Positions 1 to 12,698 of a stretch of 64,000 nucleotides of DNA are shown in pieces (within the stretch, counting starts at the first letter, position 1; every line of letters begins with the position of its first letter). The stretch spans positions 4,288 through 68,287 of the forward strand of contig MU271266.1 in assembly GCA_021432655.1 (NCBI GenBank), given 5' to 3'. The stretch is from Atractiella rhizophila. Its lineage: Eukaryota. Below the pieces are notes generated by a model. It saw nothing but the letters and a program-made list of their open reading frames with translations, did no database searches and was not told the origin of the DNA. A program made the translations under genes and the position numbers.

Positions 1-3000
1 CGGACCTTCGAACGTAATAGCATCAATTAACCGGATGGAACTGGTTCGAATCTCATCTCCGGATTCACGATCTAGGCGAGTCCTATAGCAGAGAACGACG
101 TAGGCTGTGAGTGTTGGCGAATATGTAAGGTATTTAGGCTCATGTTCGCCCAATGAGACTGTTCGAACATGTAGTTTCTCCAACTGGTCGAACTTTCCTA
201 TTCTCACACCGTCGCTCGTAACAAAGGCAAGACAAGACGGATAGTTAACGTTATCAAACGTGGCGACCGAAACCACATTCTAAACATTGATTCATGAATA
301 TTTCACTCAATAAATAAACGGCGAGACGTACTTTCATGCCAACCACCGTGTAGTTGAAGCGATCGACTCCGCGCGATATGATGGCTGGCTGGTCGCAGGT
401 GACGAAGACAGCTGAACCTTCGTGGCTTTCGAAACTAGTAAAAGTAATAGCCTGGGTTCCGAGTCGAATTTGCTTCTTGGTATTGGCAATTGGGGTATTG
501 TTCTCATCAAATTGATAATGAATTAATGTCCCTTCTCCGGTGCCGACCAAAAGGTACGAGGAATCCTCGAAAGTGGACAGTTCCACTGAGCGAAGTGGAA
601 AGCTCGTCTCGATGGCTTGTTCATGCAATAGTGAAAGGTCAGGCAGTGCGAGCAGGCAGACGGAGTGAACGTTCCACAATCCGGCGGCAAGAACTGTCTT
701 TCCATGGATCGTCGATAAAGCCAAGCAAGCCAATTCATTCGACATGTCCATTGACCTTCACAAAAGTTAGCTGTGCGATACCAAAGAATGGTTCTGCCCA
801 CTTGATAAGCTCCAAGTCTTTCGATTGATCAGGATCAGTTCCTCGCAACAACACAATCTCTCCGCCTTCAAATCCAAGCGCCAAATAATCTCCTTCTGCA
901 GCAGCCACAGTGATTTTCTTCCCATCAGGATGTTTCCAGTTCGATCCACCTCGAAAGCCTTTCACACCGTCTACTCTGCCCTGCCAACCGAACACAATTC
1001 CCTCTCTCAGCACTTGCACAACCGTTCCAGAATCGAGCTGAAGGACGGACAATGTAGGCGCATCAAATTTGAAGTTCGCAAAGCTTTCAAGCTCTTCGAC
1101 GCTACCTTCTTCGGCTTCCTCGCCCTCTGAGGACTCAAAAGCCAGGATACGGCTGTCATGAGTACTAGAGAGAAGTAGGTGATCGGCTTTTCCTCTGCAT
1201 TCCAAGTATTCAGCTGAACGCATGTACAAAGATAGGACGCACGCTTTGTTTGATCGGAAGCTCCAACACTTTTGGACACTCTCGAAATCAAATGAAGCGA
1301 GCTCATTGAGTCCCACTCCTTGACGGACAATCCTCAGCGATCCTTGTCCAAATCCACCTGAGCACGTCACCACATGACTCTGTTTCCTTTCTTCAATTCA
1401 AAGAAAGGCAGAATCAGACTTAGAGAGACATACATGTCCTACTCCTTCCACGTCCACCACTCGGAAGTCATAGATTGGTCCCAAGTTTGTGAAATTGGCA
1501 ATAACCTCCAGCTTATCAGACGCTTTGCCCTTTCCTTTATTCCCAACCGCAACCGGGCCAGATCCGCTGCCATCGTCAACGTCCATTGCGTCTATGGCTG
1601 AGGGTTTAACGGGTAGCCGTACGAGTTGGGAATCGGAAAAATGGGAGCCGACGAAGAGGTAGTTATTTGCCAAGTAGACGATGCATTTTGCAGAGGACGT
1701 CTGCACATCACTCCTCAGGCGATTATTCCTCGTTGAAAAGGAATAAAAAACACACGAGTCCTAGGTTCTCGATCTCCAGTGAGAGCACCTTTTCACGATT
1801 GTCGGTCGATTTTTCAATGTTGAGTGTGTAGAAGGTTCCGTACAGGTCGCCTAAGACGAACTGGTTCGAGTTTCCCTCAACTTGGCAATACCTGCTTACT
1901 TAATGAGTACGTCATTTAAGAGTGCTGGCGGGATAGAACAGACGCAGTGATGACGCTAATAGGGAGCTTGGTCCCAATCGTGCGCTCAAATGTATCCCTC
2001 CTCTTTCTCTTTGTGCTCGTAACCTCCGATTTCCTTTCTCCTTCAGGCACCAATAGGCTGATCCAAACAGCCATAGTTTCTCCTACAATCACAACTCCTT
2101 CTTCTTTCTCTTCCACGTCTTCTACGGAAGCGGACGATTTCACCGAAATAATCGTGTTACTGCCATAATCCTCAAGTCGCACAGATTTCCTCGTCAACAG
2201 CTGATCATCGGCAAAAAACTCTTTATTGCTCAGATCGAGGGCGTAAGTCTTGAAAACTCGCTGACCGGTGTAGTCCTGTTGGATTAAGCCGATGGTTGGT
2301 GGATAGGAGGAAGGAAGGGCAAGAAGAGAGATGGCGAAAACATTGAGGTCCGGAAGCCTGTGTGAGCCCTCATTAGTCGGCACTTTACGTGCTTTTGGGA
2401 AACGAACTCACACTACATTGTATCCCCTCTCCAGATCAACCTCTTCCTCCAGCACAAACTTCTCGTCTCCCATCTCCTTCTCTTTCTTCATCGTACTGCT
2501 TCTCCGTCCCTTCTTTTTCACTTCCTTCCCAAGCGGGAAGACTCTCACTAGTCCTGCATAAACGTGTGCTAGGAGACAGCGCGACGAAGTATCGACGGAA
2601 AGACATGTAATCTCGTCCGACAGACGGCCGGAGCGCTCGACAAGAGAAACAGATGATACAGTGCGAAGGAAGGAAGAGGTGCCGCCGGTGGAAAGAACGA
2701 AAAGGTGCGGAAAGGCCGTCAGAACAGCGATGACTGAAGTATCCGCTCCCTTATTACAGTTAGCAATGGTACATTAATCCTTTCGCGCCATAACGCATAA
2801 GCAGAAAGGAGGCTTACAGGCTGCTTCCATGCTTTCAAGTCAAGGATTTGACCGTATATCGTCTCCTTGTGCAAGAGCTTCAACCCGGTCGGTTCCAGCG
2901 CGTGAAACTCCAGTGCTGTCTCCTTTCTGCGCTCCTTTCTATACCCTTGCAATCATGGGAGCAACTAGCGTACCCTAGGACCAATATATCCACCCCAGAT

Positions 3001-3068
3001 TCCCGGAAGTCACATTTGATCGCTTGCTCAACAGAGGTGCATGATTGTGTGTGAGCAAGATAATGCAT
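1..3068 (-). CDS. DDB1: DNA damage-binding protein 1 (DDB1/CPSF-A beta-propeller family), multi-exon; 3' end lies outside the window
   Basis: Exon translations MHYLAHTQSCTSVEQAIKCDF, YLANNYLFVGSHFSDSQLV, FTNLGPIYDF, VTCSGGFGQGSLRIVRQGVG, YLLVGTGEGTL and AVFVTCDQPAII match DDB1 motifs. Confidence 0.9.
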
Positions 3069-3353
3069 CGCTTGGAGTGTGTTTTCCTCTGTTCAGTTTA
3101 CGCGTATTCGTAGCCTCCAAGCAATCTAACGACTCTTTAGCCAGGATCAACGATTCTCAATGACAAAAATGTCGTGAAATTCAATGATAAAGAAAGTCAG
3201 CAATGAAGTGGAGTCGAAAGCCGACTACGGCCTAGACACTAAGAACTACAGAGTTGCTGGCTCGGCCGGTTTCCTGCCAAGTGCAGGTCCAGCTTATCCA
3301 CCACGCCCTCTATTTTGAAGCCCTTGATTTTTGATTTTGATTTACATTCAAAA

Positions 3354-5246
3354 ATGTCGATGACCACAACGGTAGCCCTCCAAGAGACCCCTCTTGGTAT
3401 CATGCCTGACATTGAACATGGGAAGACGTCCCATTCCAGCGCCGTGGAGCTCAACCATGATCCCTTGGGCTTGCGAGCTCGAATGGTCGAAGCGGAAGCG
3501 ATAGAGAAGGCTAGCAAACAGTGCGTCTTTCTACCTCGTCAACTGGCAGCAAGGGTATGAAAGGGATGCCAGAGTATCCCTGTCCAACATCATGGATCGA
3601 AGGAAGTACCGAGAAATCCGCACCTTCTACGAAGACCAAAATAGACATATCAACGAGCTGTTGAAGGTGTTTACCATTTCCTAGCACAAAATCACCTAGT
3701 TCATCATGTCCTAATACCTAGCCCATGTCGGAAATCGCAGCGGATGCCAACGATGCTGCAGATGCTGCACGCCTTAAAGTCAAGCTCTGCGTCTGGGGTT
3801 CGCTTGCCGCCAATCTCATACTCGCAGGATTGCAGCTATACGCTGCAACCACCTCTCTGTCTCTCAGTTTTTTCGCGACAGCTGCAGATAGCGGTTCGTA
3901 TTTTCGCTTCCGTACAACGGAAGAACCTATTCGCTGACGAGTTTTGGATAGTATTCGATCCTTGTAAGTCTGTGCTTACTTCGAAAGAAGACCGTCTGAG
4001 AGTGTGATAGTCGCCAGCTTTATGCTTGGTACGTTTCTTCTTCCTACTGTTATCCTGATTACACCTGATAACGCTCCGAAGCCTATGTCCACAGACGCGC
4101 CAAGAGGCTGTCTCCAGACAAGTGGCCTGCCGTTAGTTCCCGTTGGTCCATCTGATTTATTCTACTAATAGAGGCTATTAGGGAGGATCCCGTTTAGAAA
4201 CGGTAGCGAACAGTCTGTCTTTCTTCTATTTCGCAACAATCAATAACCCACATTTGTCCAGTTTGCTACAGGTGATTCCTCCCTCATCCCGCCTCTTCTC
4301 AAATGCTCACCGCCACTGTTGGGAATGATAGTTTCCTCATGATTCTCGTGAACGTCATCCTCATCGTCGAGTCCATCCGCACTTTGGTCGAAGGCAACGG
4401 AGAGGGTGAAACGACAAAGCTCCATATTCCATCCCTCGTCGCCGTCGCCATCGCCCTCGCGACGAAGTTCTCCTTGTTTTGCCTCTGCTGGACTATGAAA
4501 AAGAATAGCTCGCAGGTCCAAATCTTGTGGGAAGACCATAGGTGAGTGAACCTCTCCATCCTTAGCCTCTCTCCATCATAGTAATCGTTGGCTCATGGCC
4601 TCTTGACTTATTAGAAATGACTTACCCGTCAACAGCTTTGGTATCCTCACCAATGCCGGAGGCGCAAAGCTTAGGTGGTGGATTGACCCTATGGGCGCAA
4701 TGATCATTGCCGTCGGTGTCATCATATCCTGGCTGATTACTGGTTACGGGGAATTTCAACTCTTGATCGGTAAGACGGCTGAACCTGAATACTTGCGATT
4801 CGTCGGTGCGTTCATTTCTTTCCATGTCACATGGTGCAGACGCTGATGATCATGGTTTGGACGAGGACAGTTTACAAGGCAATGACCTTCAGCGATGAGA
4901 TAGAGGCTATCGATTCTTGCAAAGCTTATTATTCCGGACCGGAACTCTACGTCGAAGTGGACATTGTGATGAAACCGGACACGCCGTTGATCAAAGCTCA
5001 TGACGTTCGTGCACTCCTCCACTTTCCCTTACTTCCCCTTGAGACATCAATCTGACATCCTGACATTCGGCTCTGAAGGTCTCCCAAGAACTCCAAGACG
5101 CACTCGAAACGCTTCCTAACGTGGCCCGAGCCTTTGTGCACGTCGACCATGAGGTGTCCCATGCTCCTGTATGTTTCTTGTCATTGAATGTGAGGCCAAG
5201 CAAGGCTGGCTAACTGGGGATTTAGGAACATCGCAAAGAGCGATGA
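3354..5246 (+). CDS. Cation diffusion facilitator, Mn-CDF (MTP8/11-like) metal transporter; many short exons
   Basis: Spliced motifs SLSFFATAADSVFDPF, GGSRLETVANICYSFLM, ILWEDHRNDL, WWIDPMGA, YVEVDIVM, AHDV and RAFVHVDHE. Confidence 0.9.
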
Positions 5247-5312
5247 ACTTTAATTTGGCTGAATCAGAGCACACTGCTTGTTGTAGATCGAATAACATAA
5301 CACGCATAGTGG

Positions 5313-5684
5313 TTAGAATAAAGATCCCTCATATTTTAAATTTGTGATTGAGGCGAATGTCTCTTTACAAAATGAATCGACGGGCATTTCGTACTCGGAC
5401 GACATCACTCCATTTTGAATGCCATACGATACGTCGTTTTCGATCTCTTGAGTTTGCCATTTGCCATATATATCATTATCTCGCAAATTGTTCAGAGATC
5501 TTTTCGTTTTTGACTTACGTACTGCTGTGAAGGAGATAATCGACGATTCTTTTGCCACATTGCATTGCACGCTGACAAGTTGGAAACTTTTGTACCACTT
5601 CTCCATTGTCTTCCGATTGCTCAGAAATCTTTTCATTTTAACAGGATCATACTGAAGGACGGGTAGAAGATAATCGATAGTCAT
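5313..5684 (-). CDS. Possible orphan 123-aa ORF, function unknown
   Basis: ATG-initiated uninterrupted ORF in AT-rich DNA, starting about 33 nt after the stop of the 2OG oxygenase; no recognisable motif. Confidence 0.25.
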   Translation of the reverse strand: MTIDYLLPVLQYDPVKMKRFLSNRKTMEKWYKSFQLVSVQCNVAKESSIISFTAVRKSKTKRSLNNLRDNDIYGKWQTQEIENDVSYGIQNGVMSSEYEMPVDSFCKETFASITNLKYEGSLF

Positions 5685-5717
5685 TGACTCTTTTTGCTAA
5701 GTTGCGCGCTGCAAAAG

Positions 5718-7318
5718 TCAGACCTTTCGTGCCTCATCTCCAAAACGCGGGATGTCGACCACGATACAAGCGGCGACACTGTTGATACGATCAGATCTCA
5801 TTGACTTTGAAGGATTTCACGAACTAATGGTGAGAAATACTGGCTTCGTTGCCATAGGAAATGTAAGTGCCGCCCTAGGGTGAATCAGTCTACAGATTCG
5901 TGAACATTGAAAAAAATTACCCGAACGAAGTGCCTTGGCTTTTGACCTAACACAATATACCCATTAACCCAAGACATGATCGGAACTGGGATGAAATGAC
6001 GCACACCAAACAATGTCGGGGTCGAATCTCATTCCTGCATCTTTCAAGGACTGCGTTGGTCCATCTTCAACATAATCGTCCTCTCCAGCAAGGAAGTTGC
6101 CTCCTATGAGCAAGCTACCACGTCGTGTATCGGGCCAAAACTTATCCAAGGGTTCTAAGTCCTTGTCACTTGAGTTGTCGTAATCGTCGTCATCTGTTTC
6201 GTAAACCGCTTGGATTTTGAATTTTAGGTCGAGAAATGAGAGGACGTTGTATAGTAGTCGATCACGCCCTTTAAGGCGACCAGAAAGGTCAGAACCGTGA
6301 GCGTCGCGGTCGACAGGATATCTATATTCAACTTAGTTATTCTTCCTTCCTTTCATGGACGATGTGTTAGCTCACCCGTAATGCATAGCCCATGATAATT
6401 TTCCTCCCTCCTTGAAGAAGGATTCGTCCCTCAAAGCGTTCTTGAGAGCAGCGTAAAGCGGTACCGCGGAAATATCGACGTTCCTTGGGGAGCTTTCCTT
6501 CGTCGAAGAACCGATGAAGACGTCATAGGCGATGGTGATGCGGTAGCCAGAAGTGACAGGTTTGACTTCGTGCTGGACGTCGCTGTAAAGGAAGACCCAA
6601 GAGTGCTTCCCTGCGGAACAGTCCTCGTCCCATTTCAAGGTCTGGATTTCGTTGTCTTCTCCAATGAGAAATTCTCCACCTTTGAAAGTCGATGGTAGAC
6701 AAACAACTATCGTCCCGAGATGCTGATCGCTTTTTGGAGTGTCGCGATGAGGCTTGAAGAAACCGCCTGCCTCAACAATGAAGCGATGTTTCGAGAAGGG
6801 GCACCTTACGAACCAATCGAGTAACTATTTATTTTATAGAGTTCAGCATAGATCTTTCGTTCATCTTCCTCATCCTCTCCAGGAGGGACCAAGAAATCGC
6901 TGATGGCTTGCAGGATTCCCGTCTTCTCGTGAAGGGGATCGAAGTTTAGAGCGAAATTGGGTATTTTAAACTCTTTCGCCACTCGCACCGAATCGTCATA
7001 AATCGTTTTATTCCCTTGACCATGAGGAGAAACGATCGCCGAGTTATGGAAGGCAGTGAGTGCTTCTTCCCCGTACGCTGGAAGGGCCAAAACTCTGTTC
7101 GTAGTGGCCTTATGAGACTGCCTGGGACATGTAGAGAAATAGACCAACTTTGCGGCGTTTCCTTCAGGTGCTTCCCTATAGAAAATGGAGGCATGCTCCA
7201 TTCCCAGATCCGTAGGCTGATAGTTGCCACATAGGAAAGAAAGGGTCGCTTCCTTCTTAAGCTCAGCGTTGATGCCTTTGATTATTTTGGTTTCCGCTTG
7301 ACTGGCCGCAGGACGCAT
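5718..7318 (-). CDS. 2OG-Fe(II) oxygenase-domain protein (prolyl-4-hydroxylase-like fungal family)
   Basis: AELYKINSY, GFFKPHRDTP (HxD), GTIVVCLPSTFKGG, VFLYSDVQHEVKPVTSGYRITIAYDV (distal His and Arg) and C-terminal YGNEAS; last exon ends DEARKV* at 5718. Confidence 0.85.
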
Positions 7319-7394
7319 GATGCTTTTCTCTTGGAGTTTTTTTGTGAAGAATTCTGGTGAGGAACCTGTGTGGGGACTGAGTTGGAGTAACGGC

Positions 7395-7401
7395 TTTTAT
7401 A
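7395..7401 (-). promoter_or_regulatory. Candidate TATA box of the 2OG oxygenase gene
   Basis: TATAAAA on the minus strand about 77 nt upstream of the ATG. Confidence 0.4.
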
Positions 7402-7865
7402 TCGTGGATTTGACAAGGTCTGACAAGCTTGACTTAACACGGAAGGGAATCTGTGACTATTTCCGATTACTGGCTGAAACAAGCTTTGACTTGACTTGCC
7501 TGCTTGCAACCAACAATGGTTGTGCAAAGTGCATGTTTCACAGATCACAAGCAAAGAACGTAAAGAAAGAGTAGAAGGAAGAGAACTCCTTCACGCAGGC
7601 ACCTGTCAATTAATAATTGATACAGATGATTCCTTAACCGTATCCTTCAGCTCTTCTTACTGTACCAGCAGCTGGGTTTTGGAGTCATTTGAAGGAAGTC
7701 AAAGGAAGCAAAAGACCAGCCAAGAGAAAGGTTTAATCTCAAACCTTATTTTGATGTGACACTTGACAAACGTGGACAAACTTGACAAGCTACAGAGCAC
7801 GAGCGAGCCTCTTGGTCAGCGAACAGCAAGCATCCTCTGCGGACGTTCTACATTTCACTGTAACC

Positions 7866-8345
7866 ATGAAAATTGAAGTATACGTGACGTCTATCCTCTC
7901 CAACACAAAGATCCGGGCTCAGCACGAGATGGTCCAGCGGTCCCTCTCTCGAATCCCCAACGTAGAATACCTAGACGTCGCGAGTGATGAGAGCATCAAG
8001 TTGATGTGGAAGAAGAGGAATGAGAATTCAAATGAGCTCCCTTGTGTGTGTGTGGACGGGAAACGAGTCGGGGTATGCTGTGCATGAATGTGTTTGAGTT
8101 TGAGACTGATTTCGCGAACAGAGTTGCCAGGAGCTTGAAGAAGCGTCCGTATTTCTTTCTCTGGACGCTTTACGATCGTGCTGAAAGGTGATTGCAGTGT
8201 GGAGTTTGGCGAATTGGACCAGTTCTTGAAAGCAAAAGCTGGATCTGGAGACGCTGATCTTGAAGGGATAACTGAAGCAGAAGCGGCTGCCCTGGAAGCT
8301 GAGATGGAGAAACAAGCTCAACAATCCGCAAAGAAGGCTGCTTGA
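7866..8345 (+). CDS. SH3BGR-like / glutaredoxin-fold small protein
   Basis: MKIEVYVTSILSN...YLDVASDESIKLMWKKR...ELPCVCVDGKRVG, then ELEEA/VEFGELDQFLK after two introns; ends KKAA*. Confidence 0.8.
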
Positions 8346-8449
8346 TGTATCGTTCTTGTGACAAACATGTTGTATGATTCAAACTTATTCAGGGTATTGT
8401 ATACAGAAAAGGATGAATAAATAACAGAGAAGAACACGAAATAGCAAAC

Positions 8450-11400
8450 TCAAGCAGCAACGTTAACTCTGGTTCCCAAGATCGGAGGTGGTACATTCAC
8501 AGAGAACCCATTTGTGTTTTCGTCTGGCGGGGGTGTTGGCGGGAATAGCCTGCTCTTGATGAACTCCTGGATCTCCTCCCAATGCAGATATAGTATTCGA
8601 ATTGGCCGCTCTTCATCTATTTCAGTCGCCATTCAACCTCACGCCGCAGAAGAAACGATAAAGGGCGAAACGTACCGGACGCCTTGACGTTTCCATATTT
8701 TCGATGCAACTTCCCAGCCAAGTATCGCTCACCCAACAGATCGTGACCCCGCGGAAGAATGACGAGCGAATTATTCTTGTACCATTCTTTCTCCGGGCTG
8801 TACGGGTCCAGTGTTGGCGGTGCTTCGAAACCTAGGACGAAAACACAGGCTTTGATCTTATTCCTTCGTGCTGCAATCAAACGTCATCAGCGTTCGACAT
8901 CTGGAAAGGAGGTAACGTTAAACCACGCACGCTCAGTATTCAGGATATTCATCAGCGCATTCCCTCCCGTCCCGTGCCCAATCAACACAAGCTTTGTCGC
9001 TCTCGCAAGCCTAAAGTTCATCTTCAATGCTCTATGCCCCGAAAGTACGAAGTCTGACGCACCCAACGAATTGTTTCCAGATGTATTTTGCGAGCTTGAT
9101 CTCCATCTTTTTCTCGTCGTTCCGCGGCAACACAGTGCTTTCCTTCAAACTATTGGTGCGCGCAACGACGTTCACATCTATGAGGCCGTAATTTCGGCGT
9201 TTTGCCCATTTAAGGACCGCTTTGCTGGGGTCGATCTAGCAGTGAGTGGGGAATGAGGTTGCATTTAGGAGACTAAGAGAGGGACCAACGATGTACGATT
9301 TTTCGATATCTGTTTCTAGCGATATTTGATTCACTTCTGCACGCAGGTTACCCCTAGAAGACTGATCAGTGACGACATCGCGGAGAGGAGAGAGTGATCA
9401 CATATCGTGCATAAATAATACGAGGGTGTCTGCAGAATAGACATCCTCCCTTAGAACAGATTCGTCAGCAGGTGTTTGACATGAGGGGATGAAGAAGACC
9501 CACGTGCACAGAACTTGGTGTTTGAAAGCATTATCGAGCTTTTCGTCATTCAAAGGTACATCTATCATATCGTATTCCTTCCACAACTCATGTGTGCGCC
9601 AAGCAATGAGTGCAGCTGGCATCCAATCAGTTCTCATCTCCCATGGAACAAGAAAACGACATACAAGTGACGTCCGTAGTCATCAACGGCATCTCAACAC
9701 CATCGCCCATCTCCACATCCTCCCTTCTCTCCATCCCACCAGTCAGATTGCTCCACCACTTCGCTTGGACCCTCTTCACCACCTCCACATCCTCCACCGT
9801 CTTTGTCAGCACCTTCTGTGCCCCCATCCGGGGCGGTAAGTCGCCGAGCAAGACCTTGATGCACTCCGGCACGCTCGCTGCTAACGCTTCGAGAGAGTAT
9901 CCGCCCTCCAAACACATCAGGAGTTTGCCTCCAGCGAGCGCGCACATCATGTGTGTCAGGTGGGCGTAGCCGGCGGGAGTGATGCTGCATTGGCCGAGGG
10001 GATCGCCATCTGCTGCGTCGTACCCTGCGGATACTGATCCACGAATCGATTTCAGTGGCACGATAGGGGAGGGGAGAGATAAGGAAGACTAACTGATGAC
10101 AAAGTCTGGATTGAACTCGTAAGCGATTGGCATCACGACTTGTTGGAAAGCGTAGATGTAATCCGCGTCTCCTCTCGGGTACCAATATGCAGTCTCCGTT
10201 TGACCCCAAGGGATATTTACGTTCCTGTCATTCCACAACCACAAACTATCAACCATCAATGAAAGGGAAGGATGAAAGGACGTACATCCCAATGCCTTCA
10301 CCCTCTCCGCACTTGTCTGCGTTGCCTGCTGGGCCATTTGGGTAGAAGGTGCCACCTTCGTGTCGATGGAGAGAGATGTAGAGGATGCTGGGGTCATCGT
10401 AGAATGCCTTTTGGGTCCCATTTCCTATCCTCTCCCACTTACCGTCAATTTCCTCTTTCAGTCCAACGAAATAATTATGAATTCACCGTGATGTACATCC
10501 CTTTCGAAAGAGCCGTTAGCTTGAAGCTAAGGTTGTAGACAATCAAAGCAAGATCTCACCAATCAAGGATAAGGACCTTCTTGATCCCTTTCGACTCTCC
10601 ATACAACAGCTGGACGTATTTGGCGACCACGGCGACGTTATTAAAGAAACAGAACCCACACGTGCACAGAACTTGGTGTTTGAAAGCATTATCGAGCTTT
10701 TCGTCATTCAAAGGTACATCTATCATATCGTATTCCTTCCACAACTCATGTGTGCGCCAAGCAATGAGTGCAGCTGGCATCCAATCAGTTCTCATCTCCC
10801 ATGGAACAAGAAAACGACATACAAGTGACGTCCGTAGTCATCAACGGCATCTCAACACCATCACCCATCTCCACATCCTCCCTTCTCTCCATTCCACCAG
10901 TCAGATTGCTCCACCACTTCGCCTGGACCCTCTTCACCGCCTCCACATCCTCCACCGTCTTCGTCAGCACCTTCTGTGCCCCCATCCGGGGCGGTAAGTC
11001 GCCGAGCAAGACCTTGATGCACTCCGGCACGCTCGCTGCTAACGCTTCAAGAGAGTATCCGCCCTCCAAACACATCAGGAGTTTGCCTCCAGCGAGCGCA
11101 CACATCATGTGTGTCAGGTGGGCGTAGCCAGCGGGAGTGATGCTGCATTGGCCGAGGGGATCGCCATCTGCTGCATCGTACCCTGCGGATACTGATCCAC
11201 AAATCGATTTCAATGACAAGATAGGGGAGGGAAGAGATAAGGAAGACTAACTGATGACAAAGTCTGGATTGAACTCGTAAGCGATTGGCATCACGACTTG
11301 TTGGAAAGCGTAGATGTAATCCGCGTCTCCTCTCGGATACCAATATGCAGTCTCCGTTTGACCCCAAGGGATATTTACGTTCCTGTCATTCCACAACCAC

Positions 11401-12579
11401 AAACTATCAACCATCAATAAAAGGGAAGGATCAAAAGACGTACATCCCAATGCCTTCACCCTCTCCGCACTTGTCTGCGTTGCCTGCTGGGCCATTTGGG
11501 TAGAAGGTACCACCTTCGTGTCGATGGAGAGAGATGTAGAGGATGCTGGGGTCATCGTAGAATGCCTTTTGGGTCCCATTTCCTATCCTCTCCCACTTAC
11601 CGTCAATTTCCCCTTCAAGCCAAACAAAAAAACAAGAAATCAACCGGAAGGAAAACCCCTTCACAAAAAGCCGTAACCTGAAACCAAAGGTTGTAGAAAA
11701 TCAAAGCAAGAGCTCACCAATCAAGGATAAGGACCTTCTTGATCCCTTTCGACTCTCCATACAACAGCTGGACGTATTTGGCGACCACGGCGACGTTATT
11801 AAAGAAACAGAACCCCATCGCGTCCTCAGGTTCAGCATGATGTCCTGGCGGTCTATCAAAATCAACCAAGAACCGACGAATGGATGACACGAGAAGAGAG
11901 AGGGGGAGCTCACCTGATGATGGCAAACGCGTTCATGTACCGCTCCTCCGCTAACGCCCTCGCGCATTCCAAGGCGCCACCGAGAGAGAGACGCGCACAG
12001 AGCGCAGTTTGTGGATGGACATAGAGGGAGAGACGCTCGAAGAATTCGCGGTTTTCGATTATTTGTTCGTAGCTGTACGCTGTCGCATTTCATCAGGAGA
12101 AATCCAGAAGCTTCGAGGAAAGACGGACTGGCCATGTTTATCACGTTGTTCCAGTGCAGCTCGGAGTGCACGAGCTTCACCTCTTGTTCTATTGCTTCGC
12201 GAACTTGTATCCGATTCATACGCCTCACTAATCCTTGTCCTACACAGCACAACAGCATAGTTGGCGCACAGTCAACCAAACATCTTCCCACATGGAACCA
12301 ATACGAATACAAACCACTGATGGCGTCCCAAATAGCCTCCAACCTCTCCGGCTTCTCACAGTGTTCGCTCTCGACCAAAGTCCTGTGAAGCTTCATCCTG
12401 GTGGCATAGCAATATGCTGTCCTGCTCCTGGGCAGTCGAGGAAATGTCTTGATTTGGTCTGGCGTGATTTCTCGAAGGGAAGGAGCGCCGAGGAGGGCGG
12501 TGGCGTGCTGCTCTGAGAGCGACTGAGACACTGGGACGAGTGCGAGTGACGGAGGCGTGGGTGACGCGAGGAACTCCAT
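8450..12579 (-). CDS. HDA1: Class II histone deacetylase (Hda1/Clr3-like) with C-terminal Arb2-like region; model disturbed by an internal tandem duplication
   Basis: [33 protein letters not shown] (DVHH on a 14-nt micro-exon), [19 protein letters not shown] and LEGGY motifs. Confidence 0.9.
9501..11815. repeat. Direct tandem duplication with a 1158-bp period (about 9501-10657 and 10659-11815) inside the HDAC gene
   Basis: The offset is 1158 at both ends and at an internal check point. The ORF track shows duplicated pairs (9627/10785, 10089/11247, 9610/10768). Confidence 0.97.
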
Positions 12580-12698
12580 GGCTGCTTCTCCCTTTCGTAG
12601 TTCTATTATAGTTCTTAGCTCAGTCGGCTTAGTGAAAGGTGGAGCGGCGAATTCCGAAGGAAGTAGCCGGAGTGCTAACCGATGAAAACAAAACGACG

